Program-made: the position numbers and the translations under genes
Origin: the human T2T-CHM13v2.0 reference genome, Homo sapiens
DNA: 64,000 bases
Reading direction: 5' to 3' (one strand)
NCBI RefSeq assembly: GCF_009914755.1
Contig: NC_060925.1
Notes under the pieces: generated by a model
The model's database searches: none
Told to the model about the DNA's origin: nothing
Seen by the model: the letters and a program-made list of their open reading frames with translations, nothing else
Shown here: positions 56,141 to 64,000 of the stretch, in pieces
Position numbering within the stretch: position 1 is the stretch's first letter
Layout of the letters: the number at the start of each line of letters is the position of its first letter

Positions 56141-58544
56141 ATCTCTGACTTTTTCACTGTTCTACCTCTGTGCACTTGATATATTTAACAGATGCTATAT
56201 AAGGCTTTCAAATAAATGAATATGTACTCTGAGATGAGGCGGATTCTCTCACAGGCACATGCACACACGGCTATCGGCTGCCCTAGCTAGTGGCCATGCA
56301 ATGGCCATTTTTTGTGGCCTCCGACTAGTGGTTAGGCTGTGTGGGGTGCTGTTTACCCACTGGTGGAACCTATTCCCAGGCAGGCCCCTAGGAAGGGGTG
56401 GCACATGTACATGGTTGGGACAGAGACCTTTTCCCTCTTTAAGGCCAGGTCTGGCTTGAACGAGCCAGGGGCTTTTAGTTTAGCTGGGCTGAGGCGCTCA
56501 TGTGGCCAGGGAGATGCTGGGAGCCTGCAGACTCTGGGATGTTACTCTGCGTTTTTTTCTCCTCTCCCCAGAAACACGTTTTTGTCTCCATCTGACCAAC
56601 TTTTTAATCTTAATTTATGAGCCTGCTGTAGCACCAGTAAAGACACACTGTACTGCCTGAAAGAATCACTGCTGAATTCTAATTCTGTGCGATTCAAAGG
56701 CATGCCTTTGGCCGGAGCTGCTTCAAGAATAAGCAGAGCGGGAGGCTCGGCCCTGCTCTGGCTCTGTGGGCTTGTCAGGAAGCTTTGCCCTGGCTGCCTC
56801 TTACGGGCCTCAGGCTTAATTAAGCCTTCTGATTTATTTTTCAATTCATTACTTTTTGAAAAAAGAAAAGCCACTTTAATGGAAGCTTTTAAAATCCAGG
56901 CACTTTGGATTCCTCTACTTTGTCAGGCAAAAGTGGATTCGTCTAAGTAGTTTCATTAAAAAAGAAAAGCATATATTTATGAAGGTTTCAGAGATTAGAT
57001 TTTTTTACTCCTTTCACTCCAGGAACCTAAAAGCCAAACTTGGAAAATAATTTTTGTGGTTAGGTATGTGCATTCACTCAGCCAAGAAATCTAGTAATTT
57101 CATAAGTACCCTGGATTTCTGCATTTTATAATTTCCCTGTCCTGTCTTCTTGGTGACTTGGGTTTTAATTCTTTTCCTGCCCAGCTTCCTGATGTGGGGG
57201 CATTGGTACAGGCTGTGGTTTGAGAAATTTCACAGGAAGAGAAGAAGCCAGGCCGGAAGGGTTTTAGTGGAGCCAAGGTGTTCAAGAAGGTGGGAGCAGT
57301 GCAGCCTGAAGCTAGAGAGAGTGGACAACGTGGTCTAGAAGGAGAGGACTGTGGGAGGGAGGGCTGTGCAGTGGAGGGCTCATCACAGGGCTTGCCGGAG
57401 AGGGAGGAGAATCACAGCAGAAGCAGCAGCCGGCCTCTGGTTTCCAGCCCTGTCAGCCATGGCCACTGGCGTGGTGAGGAAGATGGAGTCAGTAGCATTC
57501 ATGGTCTCTAAGCAAGCAGTGATCCTATATGCTGGCGAAGCCTGTCTCTCTGACTGGGGCCTGCAGACAGGGGTGGCCCTGATGACTTCTCCAAGACCGT
57601 CTATCCTACAACTGAGTCTCTGACCCCACCATCGGTCATTCTTAGACTTCAGCATGGGGGACTGATCCCCTGGGGTCTGTGCATTAGGAGCCCTTGAATG
57701 TGCCCTAGCTGCTTTCTGGTGGGTCCCTGGCACTTGGAGTGGGTGGTGGAGCCCTGAGTCTCCTGGGCATGCCTGTGAGTGCTGTTCGCGGTCTGTTCCC
57801 AGGTGCAGACATCTCAGAGGCGACCATGCTGCCAGAGAAGGGGACGAGAAGGGAGCCAGGGGCATGTGATGTCTTTGTGTTCTTCCTCTTTGCTTTCTCC
57901 TGCTATCGGGTGGGAATCCTCAGGACCACAGAGACCTCCGGGTCTCACCCTGCCTGGGCTGGATTCAGCTCCACCACCTGTCAGCGCAGAGCCCAGGGCG
58001 CTTCCCGGGCATCACAGAGTAGAAAGCTCATCCGTTTTCCAAGAAAGGACACTAAGACGATGGCCAAATTGAGTTAGGAGTGCCAGGAATCCAGATCCAG
58101 GAGCCGCCGGCCGAGTTCCTGTAAGGCCCGCCCCACCTCTGAATGACAACTGCTTTCCGAGTTTCTGCAGGGAAACCAGGCTGCTCTCCCCCAGCATTTA
58201 CGGCAGCTTGACTTACAGGCCCTCATGTTTGCTGCACACTCCAAATCAATTCTCTCTCCTTCTTTAAACTTTTATCACTTTGCTGTATGAATAAGGCCAC
58301 TGATTTTCTAGGTTCCATGTGCTTTTATATCAGGATTTTTCTTTCTTCTCTCCTACTTTCTCCACAAGCTTGTTCTGAACACCTGCTCTGTGTGAGACCC
58401 ATGGTGGGCTCCCTAGGCATCCAGAGATGAACTGGTTGTGGTCCTGGGCCTCCAGGAGTTGGCACTCTAGGGAGGGATGGGGAAGTAGCCTCACAGTAGA
58501 TACGTTTTCTGCTTTGTTCACCCATTGAGCAGATAGATACGTCA

Positions 58545-59700
58545 TGGACACTTATTCCGTGCAGATGTCATAGCAGGTGCTGAGCTGTACAGGTGATGAA
58601 CAAGACCAATGTGGACCTGAGCTTGCCGTGAGCTTCCACTGTAGGGAGGCGGAGGCCTGTTGAGGTACATGAGGGGACAATTATAGGCCATTCTGGAGCT
58701 CATAGAAAAGCCCACGTAGTCTGTGTGGGGTGGGTCAGGGAAGACTTCTCTGAGCAAGTGGTGTCTAAGCTGAGACATGAAGGATGAGTGAGAGTTAGCC
58801 AGGTGAAGGGGGCCAGGGAGAGAAAGATTGTTCCAGGCAGAGGGAGTTGCCCTATAAAGAGATGGCATCCAGGGAGAGCGTGGCATGTTCATGACAGTGG
58901 AGGAAGCCAGAGGGTTTGCAGTGTGGGGAATGAGCCTGTTCATGACACTGGAGGAAGCCAGAGGGTTTGCAGTGTGGGGAATGAGGGTGTGGCTGGTGCA
59001 GGATGAGGGTGGAGTTGTGTGCAGGTGGGCGGGATGCAGGGCCTGGTAAGCCGTGGTGGTTTAAATGAAGTGCCGTGGAGGGCCTAGGAGAGAGCCAGCT
59101 GATGAGATATCTGACTTGGAGAAGCCCAGGGTGGCAAGATTGGATGCGAGGAAACTGTTAAGAGACCAAGAACTTGCAATTATTAACCTAGGTGACAGTT
59201 GGCCCAGAGTGTGGCAATGGAGCTGGAGAGAAGTGACAGATTCAAGAGATTGGTAAGAAAAGGAATCTGTAGGACTTGGCCATCGATCAGACATTGAGGG
59301 TGGGGGGAAGGGAGGCGTTAAGGACAGCCCTGAGGTCTCTGTTTTGGCACCCACTGCCATGACCCAGGAGGAGCAGAGGAGAGTTCAGTTGGAGGCCGCC
59401 CTGAGACAGCCAGGTGCGGCTTTGCAGTAGGATTTATGGGCTTGAAATTCAGAGCCAAGGATAGCCCAGGAAATACAGATTTGGGAGTAGAGAGGAAGAC
59501 CCACAGGAGAGGGCAGAGTGGGGTGGGGGAGGGGGCCCCGAGAAAGACGCAGCAAGGAGGGGAAGGGCAGAAGCAAAACCCATCGGGGGGGGGGGGACAT
59601 CTACATGCCATCTTTGGTGCTGTGAACAAGGGACAGTATTTCAGCAGGTGGAGGCCATGGGTCACAGCGAAGACGTTCCAGGTAGCTGGACCAACATGAC
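58545..59700 (-). mobile_element. L2 fragment
   Basis: gtcagggaagacttctctgag..taagctgagacatgaaggatgagt..gagagaagtgacagattcaagagat. Confidence 0.7.
58886..58985 (+). repeat. Tandem duplication, 51-bp period
   Basis: tgttcatgaca(g/c)tggaggaagccagagggtttgcagtgtggggaatgag x2. Confidence 0.95.
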
Positions 59701-61349
59701 CAAGGTGGAGAGGCAAGAGGTGTCCATGCTGTCTGGGACCTAGGCTGGGTGGGGCTGGGTTAGGCCTCACATCTAGAAGGCCCCAAATGCCCAAGTTCTT
59801 GGGCCTTGCTTGCTTGTCTCTAACTTTCCTTCTGTGGCTCCTAATGGTGAAGGCCTCCCATGCTCCTGTTTGGGAAGAATTATGCAATTATTCCTAAATG
59901 GAGTGCATGTCAGCAGCCCTGGCACTGAAAAGGGAAGACATATTGGAGGAGGAGAAACCTTTCACCCAGCCCTAAACCAGCTGCTTCTGGAGAGTACTGA
60001 AGAAGAATAATATTTTTTTAATCTAAAAGAACTTTACATTTATGCTTGACTGAAGCACAGGCCACATTTGTCCTGGGAGCCAATGAGCAGACAGAGTTTG
60101 GGTAATCTATGCAAAGGCCCCTCAGCTGCCCTGCATCCATCATCCCAAGTGACAGAATTTACATCATTAATCATTGGCAGTAATAGAAAAGTCATTGGAA
60201 TAGAATGTTGTCACAGATAAATGTCTCCCAATTGCATATAAATGTCTCGGCTTTACTGTACTATTTGTGCTTGAGAAATACTGTGGCTTCAAAACGGTCT
60301 TTATCTGGCATTGGGAAACCATCAACGCCAGCCTGCCTTGCCGACAGCACCTCCCGAGGAACTCAGAACTTCCCCCGTGGGCCTCAGGCCCAGGATCGCT
60401 GCACATCTCTGCCCATGACAGGAGTTGGGCAGAGGGAGGGGAGGCTGGGCTCCTTGGGACTTCCTGGTGGATGACGCCTGGGGAGTTAGAAAACACTCAA
60501 GTTCAGTCATGCCCACCGCGTTCCCCCAGCCTGTCACCCTGTGGCTGGAGGGTGGCTTGCTGCCACTTGATGCAGAGAAGAAAGGAGGGTCTGAATCGGG
60601 CCCAGCAGAACTAGCCGCTCTCATGGCCTCAAATTCAAGGGTGTGGCCGCTCCAAAGGCACCACAGGCCACAGAGAAAGGAGAGGCGACCCTGCAAGCTA
60701 GAAGCCAAAGAGCTGAACATTGGAAGGCCTCCTTACCATTTTTGAAATGAAGCCCACAGTGGTTTTGGGCTGGCGTCTTTCTGTTTTGTGACCTGAAAAC
60801 ACTCTGTTTTTGGAAAGTGCAGATCTGCTGACACCTTTTTCCGGAGGTTTGTGTGTTTCTCTCCGTGGTGAGCCGCCCTGCCTCTGACAGGGCCAGATGC
60901 TGGCAGGAGGAGGGACGTGGCTTAGGGAGCAAGGCATTTTTTGCTCAGGTTTGAAGGAATTCTTTTTGTTTGATCCTTCACCTCTCTATCCCCTCAGGGG
61001 TCCTGCAGCCCTGCTGGGCCTGGCTGGAGGAGTGGGCCCCAGAGGCAAGGCAGGCAAGTCAGGGGTTCTGAGGCAGGAGGATGCTGCCTCTGGTGGATGG
61101 GCATGTGGGGCTGTGTTAAGGGTGTGCGACAGCCATGACCAGTGAGCTGCTGGAAGCTGGAGCTAGGTGTCTGAGCTGACAAGCCAGGGCAAGTTTTTGT
61201 AGAGTATATTTTAAGAGGTAGATCTCCTCTTTCTACAGGGAATTTCAGAAATGTCCACTTCTCAGATGTGGAAGTGATCTGAGACCAGCTAGCTGGGTGT
61301 TCCCAAACCTTGATGATGAAGACCAGTCAAATTTCAGAACGCTGGTGGG

Positions 61350-63665
61350 TGTATTAGTCTGTTTTCACACTGCTGATAAAGACATACCCAAGACTGGGCA
61401 ATTTATGAAAGAAAGAGGTTTAATTGGACTCACAGTTCTACGTGAATGAGGAGGCCTCACAATCATGGCGGAAGGCAAGGAGGAGCAAGTCACCTTATGC
61501 GGATGGCAGCAGGCAAAGAGCTTGTGCAGGGAAACTCCCCCTTATAATACTGTCGGATCTCAGGAGACTTATTCGCTATTACGAGAACAGCATGGGAAAG
61601 ACCCACCCCCCTAATTCAGTCATCTCCCACTGGGTCCCCCCCATAACACGTGGGAATTATGGGAGCTACAAGATGAGATTTGGGTGGGGACACAGAGCTA
61701 AACCATATCATTCCTCCCCTGGTCCCTCCCAAATCTCATATCTTTACATTTCAAAATCAATCATGCCATCCCAACAGCCCCCCAAGTCTCAGCTCATTTC
61801 AGCATTAACCCAAAAGTCCAAGTCCAGAGTCTCATCTGAGACAAGGCAAGTCTCTTCTGGCTATGAGCCTGTAAAATCAAAAGCAAGTTAGTTACTTCCT
61901 AGATGCTTCGGGGGTACATGTATTGGGTAAACACAGCTCTTCCAAATGGGTGAAATTGGCCAAAGCAAAGGGGTTACAGGGCCCATGCAAGTCTGAAATC
62001 CAGCAGGGCAGTCAAATTTTAAAGTTCCAAAATGATCTCCTTTGACTGCATGTCTTGTGTCTGGGTCACGATGGTGCAAGAGGTGGGTTCCCATGGTCTT
62101 GGGCAGCTCCGCCCCTTTGGCTTTGTAGGGTACAGCCTCCCTCTTTGCTACTTTCACAGGCTGTTGTTGAGTGTCTGTGGCTTTTCCAGGTGCACTGTGC
62201 AAACTGTCAGTGGATCTGCCATTCTGGGGTGTGGAGGATGGTGACCCTCTTCTCACAGCTCTACTAGGCAGTGCCCCAGTAGGGACTCTGTGTGGGGCTC
62301 TAATCTCACATTTCCCTTCCACACTGCCCTAGCAGAGGTTCTCTGTGAGGGTCCCACCCCTGCAGCAAACTTTTTCCTGGGCATCCAGGCATTTCCATAC
62401 ATCTTCTGAAATCTAGGCAGAGGTTCCCATACCTCAATTCTTGACTTCTCTGCACCTGCAGGCTCTAGAGTGTGTGAAAGCTGCCAAGGCTTAGGGCTTC
62501 CACCCTCTGAAGCAACAGCCTGAGCTATACCTTGGTCCCTTTTAGTCATGGCTGGAGCAACTGGGACATAGGGCACCAAGTCCCTGGGCTGCACACTGCA
62601 CGGGAACCCTGGGCCCAGCCCACGAAACCATTTTTTCCTTTTAGGCCTCTGGGCCTGTGATGGAAGAGGCTAGCATGAAGACCTCTGACAAGCCCTAGAG
62701 ACATTTTCCCCATTGTCTTGGGGACTAACATTCGGCTCCTCGTTATTTATGCAAATTTCTGCAGCAGGCTTGAATTTCTCCTCAGAAAATGGGATTTTCT
62801 TTTCAATTGCATTGCAAATTTTCCAAACTTTTATGCTGTTTCCCTTTTGAAACTGAATGCCTTTAGCAGCACCCAAGTCACATCTTGAATGTTTTACTGC
62901 TTAGAAATTTCTTCTGCCAGATAACCTAAATCATCTTTCTCAAGCTTGAAGTTCCACAGATCTCTAGGGCAGGGGCAAAATGCCACCTTTTTGCTAAATG
63001 TGGCAAGATGCCACTCTTTGCTAAAACTTAACAAGAGTCACCTTTATTCCAATTCCCAACAAGTTTCTCATCTCCATCTGAGACCACCTCAACCTGGACC
63101 TTATTGTTCATATCATTAAGCATTTTTTGTCAAAGCCATTCAGCAAGTCTCTAGGAAGTTCCAAACTTTTGCACGTTTTCCTGTCTTCTTCTGAGCCCTC
63201 CAAACTGTTCCAGCCTCTGCCTGTTACCCAGTTCCAAAGTCACTTCCACATTTTTGGGTATCTTTTCAGCAATGCCCTACTCTACTGGTACCAATTTACT
63301 GTATTAGTCTGTTTTCACACTGCTGATAAAAGACATACCCAAGACTGGGCAATTTACGAAAGAAAGAGGTTTAATTGGACTCACAGTTCCATGTGGCTGG
63401 GGAGGCCTCACAATCATGGTGGAAGGCAAGGAGGAGCAAGTCACATCTTACATGGATGGTGGCAGGCAAAGAGAGCTTGTGCAGGGAAACTCCCCCTTAT
63501 AATCCCGTCAGATCCCCTGAGACTTATTCGCTATTATAAGAACAGCATGAGAAAGACCCGTCCCGCTAATTCAGTCTTCTCCCACTGGGTCCCTCCCACA
63601 ACACATGGGAATTATGGGAGCTACAAGATGAGATTTGGGTGGGGACACAGAGCCAAACCATATCA
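61350..63665 (-). mobile_element. Full-length THE1A MaLR retroelement (LTR-int-LTR)
   Basis: LTRs 63300-63665 (5') and 61350-61710 (3'), both TG..CA; 5-bp TSD GTGGG at 61345-61349 and 63666-63670; minus-strand internal part starts gtaaattggtacc; polypurine tract before 3' LTR; ctcatcttgtagctccc is the THE1A-type variant. Confidence 0.95.
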
Positions 63666-64000
63666 GTGGGGCTGACCCAGGATGGCCAACTTCTGATTTG
63701 ACCAAATGAGGCCATTAAAAGCCAGTTGTCAGCTACTGTATCATCATTTCATAAAATGAAATAAAGGAAAGAATATTTTGACACCAACAATATAAGAAGG
63801 CCATCATTTCAAGATACAAAATATTTCTTCAGTTGATTATAATTGGTTTTATGAAGGATTTGCTCCACTATACCTGTTTTTTTAACTCCCCCTTTTTCCT
63901 TATTTCTCTTTTTTTTGCCAAAAACTCACACAATTCTGTTCTGGGTCCCCAGGCCTCTAGTTTCAGATGAGCAAAAGCAGGTGCAGAGGGAAGGGACCTG

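Noticed and set aside
56315-56340. ctagtggttagg resembling a tRNA-Glu D-arm/A-box
   Set aside because: No downstream B-box or tRNA body
61424-63675. Several 100-180 aa ORFs in THE1
   Set aside because: Fragmentary frames of a non-autonomous MaLR; no intact gag/pol

Overview
Primate (human-like) genomic DNA, not prokaryotic: no CRISPR, rRNA, tRNA or operon content. I recognise it as part of the large intron following coding exon 3 of CAMTA1, transcribed on the + strand. The anchors are two alternative last exons that match CAMTA1 short-isoform C-termini as I recall them (no database check possible). One starts at 13442 (AGA TCA TGA = 'RS*', then a UGUA/AU-rich 3'UTR and AATAAA at 13700). The other starts at 29331 ('AFTTHLFMGAAKKRDPQSWSHEG*', AATAAA at 29552 and an L2-derived AATAAA at 29859). 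The rest is intronic: about 21 Alus, old L1M, L2, MIR and hAT MER fragments, micro/minisatellites, and a full-length antisense THE1A MaLR provirus with a 5-bp TSD (61350-63665). None of the six-frame ORFs looks like a real gene. The best leads are a 95-nt pri-miRNA-like hairpin (38323-38417), the two-site intronic polyadenylation switch with a strong CTCF motif downstream, an Alu cryptic exon covered by an inverted Alu fragment, a (CG)8(CA)22 Z-DNA tract, and motif-dense candidate enhancers. I found no convincingly new biological system; these are testable hypotheses. Repeat subfamily names and boundaries are by eye and approximate.
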